Below, piece after piece: positions 11,356 to 25,731 of a stretch of DNA of 64,000 nt (positions within the stretch are counted from its first letter, which is position 1; each line of letters starts with the position of its first letter). Position numbers and translations under genes: made by a program. Origin of the DNA: the human T2T-CHM13v2.0 reference genome, Homo sapiens. Below the pieces are notes generated by a model. The model made no database searches. It saw only the letters and a list, made by a program, of their open reading frames with translations, and was not told the DNA's origin. Location: NCBI RefSeq assembly GCF_009914755.1, contig NC_060932.1. One strand, 5' to 3'.

Positions 11356-13863
11356 TATCTATCTAGACAATTCTATTTCCAGGAAGAGAAATGAGCGAGG
11401 GACAGCAGCAATAACTGAAGAACTAATGGCTGAAAATCTGCTCAAAGCAATGATATTATTCCACATATTCAAAAAGCTCTGAAAACACCAAGAGGATGTG
11501 TCAAAAGTAAACTCTACCTAGACTAGTCTCAGACAAACCCTGTTCTTTGGAGAGTTTCTTCATCTGCTTTAAATATAGTTGGAACAAGATCAGTTGCTAA
11601 TTTTGTAGCCAGGTGAATTCAATAAAATGATGAATGAGCTTCAGTGTTTAAAATTAATACCTTTTTTTTTTTCTTATGAGTCTTCAGGCACGATGAAATG
11701 GGAACAATTTTATTCTGTTATGTCATGAGTTCACAGGTTCAGAGACTTAGAGTATGACTTGCAAGCTCACTTGGTTGGAATGGATTCTGTGAATTCTGTA
11801 AACTCCCGGAGTTATCCTATTTTTGACCATCCAAATTAAACAGCTCCAGCTCCCATTCCTCATTAGTGTAGACAGCCAAATGTTTCTCAGAACTCCCTAC
11901 AGGTGCTTATGCTCCTAATATCTTGTGCAAATTCTTATTTCTGTCTTCTGTGTGACATTCTCTGGCCACCTCCACCTCACTCCTGCAACCAACTACCCAT
12001 TTTCTTTGTAGCTTTGCATTAAGAATTACTGAGGCTTTCCCCCTTTTCCAAGAATTTTCAAATACACAGCAATTGATTGAGACACAGTTTTGCAAAAACA
12101 TAAGGATAATGACGGGTGGTTAATGCACAGAACTGTTAAAAATAAGAATAGAAATCAGAGTGCATTCTAGCTAAAGAGTTCAGCCACTCTTGGCAATAAC
12201 CTCTACAGGCTACTTTGTGCCCTGATGTTACAGGTATACCTGCTCCTTTTGGAACCCAGAACTCCTTTCATTGTTAATCTCTGAGGGCCAAGAAACCTTT
12301 AACATTTTATTTTTAGAATTGTAGAATGATTTAGCGCTTATGGATTGTATCTCTATTTCACAGATGCAGTCAGGTGTCCTATCTTCCAAGACCTAAACAG
12401 CCATTAAAGGGCCTTCTTAAATAAAAGGAGAGTTTCTTCCTAAGAGAGTTGTGCTGTTTCCCCTAGAACATAGGAATGAATGTCATTGTCATGGTGACTT
12501 TTACTTTTTGTGTGTGTGTGAAGCTTCACTTCTTTTATACAGTCAAATGATATATGCTTCCAGGAATCAAGAAATCCACTAATTTATTCAAAATAACAAC
12601 GTATATACGATGAATATTAAATGACTAAATAAAGGCAGGGTCTGACTATCCTGGCATCAAGGTAGGTGAGTGCGACTGAGTTGGACAATCACAGGATTAG
12701 ACCCTGTCTTGGTTTAAATTTTGGAGAGTTTGTTAATTATGGTGATTTTTTCATGAATATTATTTTTTAAAAATCTATCGCATTATAAGATCATCTATCT
12801 TAAGTACAGGATATCTTAGTGCTTACATTTTATACCTGAGGCCAGAGCCTCCCTCGCTTCGCCCTAGTCCTGGCTCTGTCATCACGTCTGGATAAAATCT
12901 ATATCCAGATAAAAATGCTTTTACTCTAACAAGGTCTGGTTACTTTTTTCAATCTTGAGATTAGGAAAGACAATGGATTATTTTGGAACTAAGGTGCATT
13001 TTCCCAGACGTAGATGATATGCACATTCAGTGCAGAGCTAATGTGAAGAAATAGAGAGCTTCTTATGCGTCTAGGATACACCCACAGAGTTCATGATTTA
13101 AGGACCAAACCCTCCCAAGGAGAGAGAGCAGGGCCAGGGAGCTATCTTGATGCTCCCCCTTAGAGTCGATGAGTCTTTCTTCTTGAGGTTTGCTCCCCTC
13201 TGCTTGTGTCCCATGCCATATTGTCCTCATTTAATTGTGCCCTCAAAGAGACTTGTTTTTAACAGCATTTACTTGGATCCTATTATGTTTGTATGTAAGG
13301 AAACCCTTGTACAACTGCATTTTGCCATCCAATTAATGAAATAGTTTATGAATGGCCAGCACATAAATGAATAAGACAAAGTCCACACTAGTAGAAATCT
13401 CATAGCTAAATGGAGAATTAAAAATTCACGCACCTCTGTAGGAGGCATAATTGCATAAGAAACCTTAGCCAGAAGAAGGGAGTCCTTGTGAAGAACAGAG
13501 GACTGGGCATCCCCTCCCTTGGCAGATCCACTATGATTCCATGAGGGAACTGGTCTTTGAGTTGGGCTTGCTTTTTTTAGGGAAGATGTGGGGTAGGTGA
13601 GGGCATGCAAGGGGAGGATGCAGGAGGAGCAAAGCACACGTTTTAGGAAAATGCCGGGAATAAATGGGGAAGGTCAAGGAATCCAAAGAATACAGATGCC
13701 TGTGACCCTGGAAAGCACTCCAAGCCCCGCTGTGGCAGCCCTGACCCCTTCCTGGAGAGCAGAAAAAGGTGTTTCAAGGATATTAGAGATGGCCTGCCCA
13801 AACCAACATCACCCAATGACCACAATTACTAGGATAAAGATTGCGTATCTTTGGACACCATAG

Positions 13864-13869
13864 TTTAAT
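13864..13869 (-). terminator. DEFB4: DEFB4 polyadenylation signal (ATTAAA)
   Basis: Minus-strand ATTAAA about 80 nt after the stop codon. Confidence 0.75.
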
Positions 13870-13946
13870 TTGGTTTACATGTCGCACGTCTCTGATGAGG
13901 GAGCCCTTTCTGAATCCGCATCAGCCACAGCAGCTTCTTGGCCTCC

Positions 13947-14083
13947 TCATGGCTTTTTGCAGCATTTTGTTCCAGGGAGACCACAGGTGCCAATTTGTTT
14001 ATACCTTCTAGGGCAAAAGACTGGATGACATATGGCTCCACTCTTAAGGCAGGTAACAGGATCGCCTATACCACCAAAAACAC
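13947..14083 (-). CDS. DEFB4: Beta-defensin 2 (hBD-2) exon 2, mature peptide
   Basis: ttag|GT GTT TTT GGT GGT ATA GGC GAT encodes (G)[44 protein letters not shown]. 137 nt plus the 58 nt of exon 1 gives 64 aa. Confidence 0.99.
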
Positions 14084-14675
14084 CTAACAGGGAAAAAACA
14101 CACAAAAAGAGCAAACAGCGTGTAAGAACTCAAAACTCATGTTGGAAAAACACAAACCCTGTGTCAGTATCGCCTTGAGTAAATCCGCAGCGGGCTTCTT
14201 TCTCAAGCCTGGGCTTTTCCATCATGATAATGAGACGCGAGTCAGTCATTTGGATCTAAGTTTCTGACATGGAAACTGGCACTGCTGTGGTTTGGGGGAT
14301 GTTTATTTTTGTAGAACCTGATTGTGAAAGACCCTGATCTCTCCTGAGTGACTGGGGCCTCCAGGTGGGGTCTGGTAGGAGCTCAGCAACGATCTCTTGT
14401 GAATTCAGCTCCACCACAAGAAGATAATATCAAAGCCACCATACCTCCATTTTAACACACACAAGCCAGTAAACTTTTGCTTTTTCAAATCATTTAGTCT
14501 GTTAAGTATTTGATCTGAGATGGGATAAAAAGATGCAACTTACTGAAATTGTTTAATAGGAAATTAACACCAAGTAACTTACAGTTGAAAACCACAATTA
14601 ACCATAGAAATAAATTTTGTAATGGCTTGTTTCTAATATCTAAGTCCTGGTTTCAACCTCATTCTTCTTTTTTTA

Positions 14676-14782
14676 TCCCTCCCTCCCTCCCTCCCTCCCT
14701 CCCTCCCTCCCTCCTTCCCTCCCTCCCTCCCCACCTGCCCGCCTCCCTGCCTCCCTGCCTCCCTGCCTCCCCGCCTTCCTTC
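14676..14782. repeat. (CCCT)n/(CCTG)n low-complexity repeat in the DEFB4 intron
   Basis: Visible CCCTCCCTCCCT...CCTGCCTCCCTGCC run. Confidence 0.9.
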
Positions 14783-15515
14783 ATTATACTGTTCTAGGTT
14801 TTGGAAAACATGAGGTCTCTGGTGCCTCTCAGAACCCCATTGTTCTCACAAAACCCAGGACTCATAAATAAGATTGGTAAAATGAGGATTTCACAAGATG
14901 ATATCTATTAGATTAATTGTTTTAGGATTTACTCTCAAATTTTCTTTTTCCCTTTCTCCATCCTTCCCTTCCACTCTCCCTCTTTTATCCTTTCATGGTT
15001 TTTATTTTATTTTCATAATATCAAGGAGAAAATGAAGGTTAGGCATCCAGGTTTAAAAGTTGGTTTCAATGGGCTGTCCCTGTCCTGTGAACCTGCAGTG
15101 GCCTAGTGGCAGGGACTGTTCTCAGGGCCTCTGATCAGAAAAGTCCTGGGGGCAGAGTGTCTGCTGCAGTAGTTCTCACAGTATAGGCTGGGCCTTAAGA
15201 TTATCTGGAATTCTCTAGGTTGCAGTATCTACCCTTTAAATATAAAAATTTAGAAAATGACATTCTATACTACTTTCTTTAGATAAAATCAAAATTTCTG
15301 CCTTTTATTTAAAAAGTCACCTAACAGGTTTCAACCATAGTCTCAGCAGTTGTAGCATGGAAAGCAGTGAAGAGATGATATTTACAAGCTACTGGGCTCC
15401 TTCATATTGGCTTAGAAGAACGAGTGAGGTGTCCATTGGGTTCTCAAACTCCTTTTCTATTGAAGGAAGCAATGCTTGGTTCAATTAAATAGGGCATTCA
15501 GTCTAAAAGTGTGGG

Positions 15516-15702
15516 TAGAAGAAAGGAAAGAGAAAGAAAGAAAGACATGCTCTAGGGAGAGAGGAAAAAGAAAGACAGAAAAAAAGAGAGAGAGGGAAGA
15601 AGAGAGAGAAGCAGGAGAAAAGGATGGAGGGGACACACAGAGAGAGGAAGGAGAGAGAGGGATGAGGGAGAGATAGGTGGAGGGGAATGAGAGGAGACAG
15701 AG
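15516..15702. repeat. GA-rich polypurine tract at the 5' end of the DEFB4 intron
   Basis: About 190 bp of almost pure A/G on the plus strand. Confidence 0.85.
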
Positions 15703-15759
15703 AACTTCTACGCCATTCTTCCATTTGGCCAACCCTCCTATTTCCCTGGCCCATCTCAC

Positions 15760-15817
15760 CTGGAAGAGGCATCAGAAATATGAAGAGGAACGAGAAGAGG
15801 AGATACAAGACCCTCAT
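15760..15817 (-). CDS. DEFB4: Beta-defensin 2 exon 1, signal peptide
   Basis: [19 protein letters not shown](G), ending CCAG|gtgag (phase 1). Confidence 0.99.
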
Positions 15818-15877
15818 GGCTGATGGCTGGGAGCTTCACCAGGAGCTGAGTCTGGGGAGGACATCAAGCCTTCCACC

Positions 15878-16057
15878 TTATAAAGGTCCTGGTCCCTGGT
15901 CACCAGGTAGAGTTCAGAACTGGTATTGGGTGCAATGCTCATTACAGAGGTTAGAATTCAGCCACTTACCTGGTGAGTCAGAGAATGGTCCTCAAAGAAC
16001 AATGCACACTCAGGAGATCTTATGCAAATCTGGACTCAGGAAACCCCAGAAAATCCC
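15878..16057 (-). promoter_or_regulatory. DEFB4: DEFB4 proximal promoter: TATA (15878-15882), AP-1 (15974-15980), C/EBP-octamer (16020-16029), tandem NF-kB sites (16038-16057)
   Basis: Minus-strand TATAA; TGAGTCA; TTATGCAAAT; minus-strand GGGATTTTCT-GGGGTTTCCT. Confidence 0.85.
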
Positions 16058-16424
16058 TTCCTCCTGCTCTTGGGACCAGAAAATTCCTCCTATCTTGCAC
16101 CATTTAAAACCCAGTGTGTGAATGGAGTGAGGGGCTGGGTCTGTCTCACGTGAGAACAAACTCAAACTCAGGACCTATAACCTGCCACTCACCTGCTGCC
16201 CACTCTGTGCGACGTCCTGTTTTTCCTGAGTATCTGGGGACAGTCTCAGGCCAAATTGAGAGCTCTTTCCATCTAATTCTATCCATTGCTCGGACATTCA
16301 GCTCCTGGGGATGATACAGGGCTGGCTCAAACCCAGGGACCCTGGGAGGGGCTCAGGGCCTCTGGCAGCACCGGGAGCATGGTGGGCCCCATCCTCACAG
16401 GAGATCTGAGCTGGTGAAATTTAT

Positions 16425-16448
16425 GTGAAAGTTCCCCTGAAACTCCCC
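16425..16448 (-). promoter_or_regulatory. DEFB4: Distal NF-kB sites of DEFB4
   Basis: Minus-strand GGGGAGTTTCA GGGGAACTTTCAC about 580 bp upstream of the approximate transcription start. Confidence 0.75.
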
Positions 16449-17069
16449 ATCTTCCCCACGGGAGAGAGATGAGGCAGATGGATGCCCACTTCCTTCCTCT
16501 GAGAAGGAGAATGGGAGGATGGGATTGTGACTACATGTGTCCCCTCAGAGTTCACCCAGGCCTGGGCCAGGAGGTGGCCTACCACCCGCACTTGAGTTCC
16601 TTCCATTCACACCGTCACTCAGGGAATGTCAGCTCCACAGGACTTCAGGGCTTTGGGAGCCAGGGCTTTCTCTGCTTTCCACAGACGTCAGCGTCACTGC
16701 CCTTGGGATTTGGTGGAGAAGCACCGAGTGGGGCTGCAAGGCCTCCACGTGGTCTCCCTGTTGGTGATGGGAAACACTTATGAAGGAGCCCCATGTTTTC
16801 AGGGCTGTGTGAGGTCTCTGGTGTCTCTCAGGACCCTGTCCTTCCTCCGTAACCCAGAGTAGCAATTGGCGGCCCCAGGCAATGGACAGAGCCCCATCCT
16901 GGGCACTCAGGAGAGGGCCTTTCTTGGGAAAATGAGTGGCATTCATCCTGGTTCCTCCCTCTTTCGATCTAAGGGCAGTTTGAGAAACAAGCAGGCCCCA
17001 GTGTCCATGTCTGTGATGTCTCAGGGGTGCAGCAGTGACAGAGACATGGGGACAATGAGGCTTTCCTCA

Positions 17070-17084
17070 TGACCTGCCTGACCT
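17070..17084 (-). promoter_or_regulatory. DEFB4: DR3 vitamin D response element
   Basis: Perfect AGGTCA-GGC-AGGTCA on the minus strand about 1.23 kb upstream of the DEFB4 start, consistent with the known DEFB4 VDRE. Confidence 0.88.
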
Positions 17085-17212
17085 CTTCATTTAAAATGTC
17101 AGGTTCTGAAGAACCCTGATTCCTGGCAGGCCAGAGGTGGATTTAAAGGAAGCTGGTAATGATATTGTGCAGCCAAGATCCTTAATGACATTTTTATAAA
17201 AGGAAATTTCTG

Positions 17213-17457
17213 AGCCTAGCATGGTGGCTTACACCTGTCATCCCAGCAGTTTGGGAGGCTGAGGCAGGTGGATCACATGAGGTCAGGAGTGTGAGACCAA
17301 TTTGACCAACATGGCAAAACCCCATCTCCATGAAAAATACAAAAATTAGCCAGGCATGATGGCTTACGCCTATAATTCCAGGTATTTGGGAGGCTGAGGC
17401 ACGGGAGTCGCTTCCGACAGAGCAAGACTCAGTCTCAAAGAAAAAAAAAAAAAAGAA
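17213..17457 (+). mobile_element. Alu with a deletion in the right arm
   Basis: GCATGGTGGCTTACACCTGTCATCCCAGC...GAGTCGCTT|CCGACAGAGCAAGACTC...poly(A). Confidence 0.9.
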
Positions 17458-17772
17458 GGTTCTGATGGGGTATGCAAAGAGAGGGCTGGGTCAGATGCTG
17501 TCAGAACTGCTAAACAAATATGCATCCAGGACTGGAGCTTAGTCACCAGGGAGTCACTCTGATTGTCAGGGCTTTGTTTCCTTGTGTGTTGAGCAGGCTG
17601 GAATTGAGGGGCAGACTCATTCATTCCTGACACTAAAACTATTTCTTCCTGGTGAAGAAAGCATACAGAGAAATGGAATATGAAATAAAGCCTTTATGTG
17701 CTCTACCTAAATTAATAATTTATTTATTTTTTTTTGTATATTTGCTATGTCACCTTTAGAAAGTAAGAGGCA

Positions 17773-20019
<2,247 letters not shown>

Positions 20020-21618
20020 AAAGAAAGACGCAAACATCATGACACTTCACTGTAATTATCTCAGCAGAATCTCTTACATATGAGGGGACATTTCCACATC
20101 AAACACAATACAATTTACACACATTAAGAAAACTAGTTCCTCAATGTTATTTATTATCTTGTCAATATTTCACATTTCTCCAATTGTTCCAACCATGGCT
20201 TCATGGCTGTTGATGTTTCTGGATACATGTTTAATCTAGATTTGCACATCAAATCAGGTTGTCATGTCTCTTAATTTGTTGAGTAAATATTCTTAAGGAA
20301 ATGTCATGGTACTATGAGAAGAACCTTATTGGGGCTTAGAGTTTGAATTAAGGGCCTGGTTGCCATCTTTTTCACGTGAGACTTCATTCCTGATCGATAC
20401 ATTCTTAATGACTACCATGCTTAACATTATTATTATAAAAGTAATACACTCACATTTAAAAACTCACCCATAAAAGAGAGTGAATTTTTCCTACAAACCT
20501 GTTCCAATCCCAGGAACCACCGATAGCACTGTGGTTTTTCACTTGTTGTCCTCTCTAGCTCTCAGTACATTTGTGAGGCCTTGTTAGAGAAGGAGGTGAA
20601 ATTACTCTGAAATAGGAAAGTCACTGTGAAATGCAGCACCTGTGTCCCTGGGGAAGAAGCCACCAAGGCTTAGGGAATATGTGCCTGGTTGCTCAAGGAC
20701 AGCTGGGCTGACTGTTCCCATGAAGATTCCTACGGTTGCAGCTGCTTCTTTTCTCCTGGCACAGCCCAGTGTGACTCCTTCACAGCTGTGTTCATCCTAG
20801 TGATGAAGTGTGTTTGATAAGGACCAATAGAGGGGCATCTTTGTTTTAAAGGTAGGGTTATGATCTTGCTTCAGCAAGGAAGACCATCCACTGGCAGAAC
20901 CATGGGGCTCTTCACCAAAACCAGAGATGCAGCAATTCTAGGATTTGGGGACATGTCAAGATTTGGTAAAATATACATGACTTTTCTTTTTCTTAATGAG
21001 CTAAAAGCAAAGCCAGGTTGTGTGTAAAATGGGAACCATCAAGTCTAACTGACAAATAGACTCACTATGCTGTCTTTTAATGAAACATGACCTGTGCTGT
21101 GTCCCCAAACCTATCTCTATAACTGGGGAGAGAATTTCAGGCTGTTTCTTTGTGGCAAAATGGTTCAGTTCCCCAGGCAAGAGTGGGAAGCCTCATTCTT
21201 ATAGATAGGCTCCCAGAAAGCAAACTCTCTCATCTCTATGATTTAGAAAACAAAGTTTCTCTGCATTATGTCCTCAATGTTAAGTAACAGAAGCAGTTTT
21301 ACTGGTTCTCAATTCTGGAGGCAGAGCCAGCTTCATGGGCTTGAAGGCAGGGCAGTGACACACGAATCTGCTCTGAGAAGGGCCGGTACCTGGTGTCAGG
21401 CTCTGCTGATAGCTCCCTGACTTTCTTAGTTTTTTCTTTGAACTTGTGTTTTGTAAGTGAAGCTTACTGAGGACAATGGAGCAGGCACATGGGAAGAGTG
21501 GCTATGAGGGGAGACAAGTTGGGCAGGCTCAGGCCCAGGGACGTTCTAGAGCTTTGCTGCCCTGAGCATAGGCATTCTTGGAGCAGCCCAGGCACATCTG
21601 GACTGGGATGGGAGGTGG

Positions 21619-21639
21619 CAGCAGCAGCAGCAGCAGCAG
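21619..21639. repeat. (CAG)7 microsatellite
   Basis: Seven perfect CAG units. Confidence 0.95.
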
Positions 21640-21992
21640 GTGTCCTCAGCCCTGGGGTGAATGGAGTGTCTCTGTGTGGAGGCAGCACTGACACCTCTGT
21701 GCCTGTGCATTCTCAGAGTCATCCTTGGAGCTTCTGCACAAAGATTTACCCCCTGACCTGAGCACCAGGACAGGAACCATAGGTGCTCAGATAGCAAACT
21801 GGGAGGAGAGAAGCACAAAACAAAAGTGTGCCCATGGACATTGCAATAAAGTATACCAGGAAGTTCTTGGAATTCTTCAGAGAGTTTAGAATTCTTTAAG
21901 GCATTATCCAAGACTCAGAAATGGAAATTAAACATGTAATAGTAGTCACATTCAACAGAGAAGGATGCTATATTTGTATAAAACTTCTGATG

Positions 21993-22312
21993 GGCCAGGC
22001 ATGGTGGTTCACGCCTGTTATCCCAGCACGTTGTGAGGTTCAGGTCAGAGGATTCCTTGAGGCCAGGTGTTGGATACTAGCTTGGGCAGTATAACTAGAC
22101 ACCATCTCTACAAATAATGATAATAAAGATAATAAAGATTAGCTGGCCATAGTGTCACATGATCGTAGCCTTAGCTTCTTGGGAGGCTGAGGTATGAGGA
22201 TTACATGAGTCCAGGAGTTTGAGGCTGTAGTGAGCAATGATCGTAGCACTGCACTCCAGCCTGAAAAATACAGACCTTGTCAAAAAACAAAAAACAAACA
22301 AACAAACAAACA
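21993..22312 (+). mobile_element. Alu (J-like)
   Basis: GGCCAGGCATGGTGGTTCACGCC...(CAAA)n tail; TSD approximately AAAACTTCTGAT. Confidence 0.92.
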
Positions 22313-22329
22313 AAAACCTTCTGATTAAT

Positions 22330-23040
22330 CAATTATGAACAAGGAGGGCAATTTTAAAAATTAAGTTTTTCTTGTTAATAAATACATAGCAATAGAATTC
22401 ATAAACAGGGGTTTTGAATAAGTTACAAATCATGATGCCATATTGGTCTGCTGTGGGCCTCTGCAACTTACAGAACATGTCAGAAGATGCATCAAAATTC
22501 CGCTGGAGAAATTGACACTTAAAATTAGATTCAAATTTACATGAAACTGATTTGTTTAAAGAGTTAAATCTTTTGAGACAAATTGTTTCACAAGAATCAC
22601 CAGCTCCAGATATACTAAAATCTGTTTCAAAATAATTTATCCTCATGTTGTCACAGCTTGGAATATATTCCAGAAACAGTGGCTTCAGCAGATTCTTCCC
22701 AAAAGATAAAATGAAGTTGCTCAAGGTATAAAGTTTGTTGTCCTAATATATTATTTGACAGAAAAGTGGGCCAGAAAAATTGTATGATTCATCTAAATCC
22801 AATTAATAGAGTAGTATTTTTATTCTATTAAAACTATGAAATTAATTTCTGGTGGAGATTTGTAAGATTCTGTCATTACTCCTGTATAACTATTACATTT
22901 TTCAAACAATGAAAAATATTTGTTTGAAAAAGCTTAATATCCTACTGCCTTTCATTACACTTTCTTTTTCTGCTCTTTAAACCATGGTACCCTGCATTTC
23001 CATTTCGCACTGAAACTTAGGAATTTTGCGGCCAGCCCTG
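22330..23040 (+). mobile_element. hAT-Tip100 (Zaphod-like) DNA transposon remnant
   Basis: The plus strand encodes a decayed hAT C-terminal region (DSNLHETDLFKELNLLRQIV...TVASA..FFP) and ends ...GAATTTTGCGGCCAGCCCTG, resembling a terminal repeat. Confidence 0.65.
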
Positions 23041-24928
23041 CTATGGCCATTTTTATATTAGTTATCTTATTAAATCCTCAGAAACAAGCCTGCCAGGTAG
23101 GTATTACGCAAGTTTACAGAGGCAGGTCCTGGGGCATGGAAAGGTTGGAGGACACGTTCAAGGTCACCTGGCTACTAAGTGGCAAAGATGCAATTTGAAA
23201 TAAAATCCCCCTCTCTTCAAAGCCCATGTTCCTAACCAGCGCCACACAATCATCATGGTGTCCTGATAACCTCCCCTCTTCATCCTCCTACAACCCCAAA
23301 GCTACAGTAACGCTCTGCCTAAAGCCAAAGTCCATGGAGCTACTGTCACCCTCTTCCATCTTCTGAGCTGAGTGGTGAGTCCAGAGCCTGGGCTGGCCTG
23401 GTCTTGCAGGAGGTGAGGGAATGAGTGCGCAGTTACTGCCACCTCGTGGCGGCTCGTCTATATGACCCTAAAACGCAGATGTAATCTGTTTCCTGCCTGC
23501 CTGAAGCCTGGGTGTGCACCTGAGACTTACAGTAATTTCTTTACCCCTTAATGAACCTATTGAGAGTTCTCACAATTGTATGGATCCTCTCAAGGAATCA
23601 GCTTTTATTTACTAATTTTTAATGTTTTTTTGTGTCCAGTTTCTTTTTATTCACTTTTTCTTTTTCTCTTTTTTTTTCTTTTTCTTATTTACTTTGGGTT
23701 TAGTTTGTTCCCTTTTCCCTTACCGTTTCTTACAGTGGAAACTTAAATTGTCTATTTGTGAGCTTTTCTGCTTTCTATCATAATAGCATTTAATTATAAA
23801 TTTGTCTCCAAGAGCCACTTTAGTGGCACTTCCGCAAATTTTGATATGTTATGGTTTCATTTTCTATCAGTTGACCATATTTTCTAAAGTATCTTGTGAT
23901 TTCTCCTCTGGACCATTTAGATACATGTTCATTGATGTCCCAATATATGGAGATTTTTCCAGATGACTCTCTGTATTGATAGTTTTGTAAATTCCACTGT
24001 AGATAGACACTGTCTTTTGTATAACTTTAAACTATGTTGATTTTTTGAGACGTTTCATAGGTTAGTATGAGCTCTATTGGGTAATATTTTAATGCATTCT
24101 GCTGTTATTTGGTAGAGTGTTCTATAAATCTCAAATAGGTTGTGCTGGACGGTAGCGTTGCTCAAGACTTCTCTACCTTTACTAATATTTTGTCTGCTTT
24201 AAAAAATCTCTTACAGGAAGAGAAGGGTTGAATTGTCTAATTGCAATTGCTAATTTGTCTATTTCTTTAATGTCTATTGATTTTTCTTTAAGAATTTCAA
24301 AATTCTGTTATTAGGGGCACACACTGATTTAATATTAATATCTGTTCTTGGTGATGTAACCACTTTATCATTAGGAAAAATATCTCTCCCTATTACTGAT
24401 AATACCCCTTGCTCTAAAATCTACCCTAATTTATGTCAATGAGCCAGTATAGCCAATCCTATTTTCTTTATACTAATGTTTTCATATTATATCTCTTTCC
24501 ATCCTTTTATTTTTACTCTAAGTTTGTTCTTAAAGTTTATATATAAAGTGGGTTTTTATAGACAGCATGTAGTTGGGTCTTGCTTTTTACTGAACTGACA
24601 ATCTCTCTCTTTAAGGAGCTTCTAGAATGTTCACAGCATGCTCTTTTCATCATATGGAATCAAATTTCTACCTAGCATCTTCCCTTTCTGCCAAAAAACT
24701 TATCTTTGCATTTTATAGTACAGACTGGCTGGTGAGGAATTCTCTTAGCTTTTATTGTTGTTACTGGAAAATGCCTTTACTTATTATTTGATTATGTGTT
24801 TACCCTTTTTTTAGAAATATACTTTTGCTGGGGTGGATTTCTAAGAGAACATTTTTTTTCTTTCGGCATTTGAAGATAACACTTAACGTTTTGTTCTTCT
24901 GTAAGTAATATGTCTCCTTTCAGACTGC

Positions 24929-25239
24929 TTTTTAGTTTTATTTTTGTTTTTGAGACGCAGTCTCTCTCTGTTGCTCAGGCTGGAGTGCAGTAGGGTGATC
25001 TCGGCTCACTGCCATCTCCGCCTCCTGGGTTCAAGAGATTCTCCTGCCTCAGCTTCTTGAGTAACCTAGGATTATAGGTGCGTGCCACCATGCCTGGCTA
25101 ATTTTTGTATTTTTTTTTTAGTAGAGACAGGGTTTTACCATGTTGGCCAGGCTGGTCTCAAACTGCTGACCTCAGGTGATCCGCTCACCTTGGCCTCCCA
25201 AAGTGCTGGGATTACAGGCATGAGCCGCTGTGCCCGCCC
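24929..25239 (-). mobile_element. Alu (S-like)
   Basis: TTTTGAGACGCAGTCTC...GGGATTACAGGCATGAGCC; TSD TCAG(A/G)CTGCTTTT. Confidence 0.95.
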
Positions 25240-25433
25240 TCAGGCTGCTTTTAAAATTTTCTTTTTATTACTGATTTAAAATAATTTGATTATGATATGT
25301 TTCATGTGGTTTTCTTCATGTTTCATATTTCAACTTGGATGTCTTCATGTGGTAAATTTGTGTGTTTATAGTCTCACCAAATTTGGAAAACAATAGGCCA
25401 TTCCTTCCTTAGCTCTATCCTCTCTCTCAAAAC

Positions 25434-25731
<298 letters not shown>

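Noticed and set aside
12160-12230. Minus frame ACRGYCQEW resembling EP2C GFCQEY
   Set aside because: The match is only a few residues and the other cysteine positions are absent.
15503-15817. 104-aa ORF beginning with the DEFB4 signal peptide
   Set aside because: It is read-through of exon 1 into the pyrimidine-rich intron; the true exon ends at 15760.
22329-22724. 131-aa minus-strand ORF
   Set aside because: It is the antisense frame of a decayed hAT transposase remnant.
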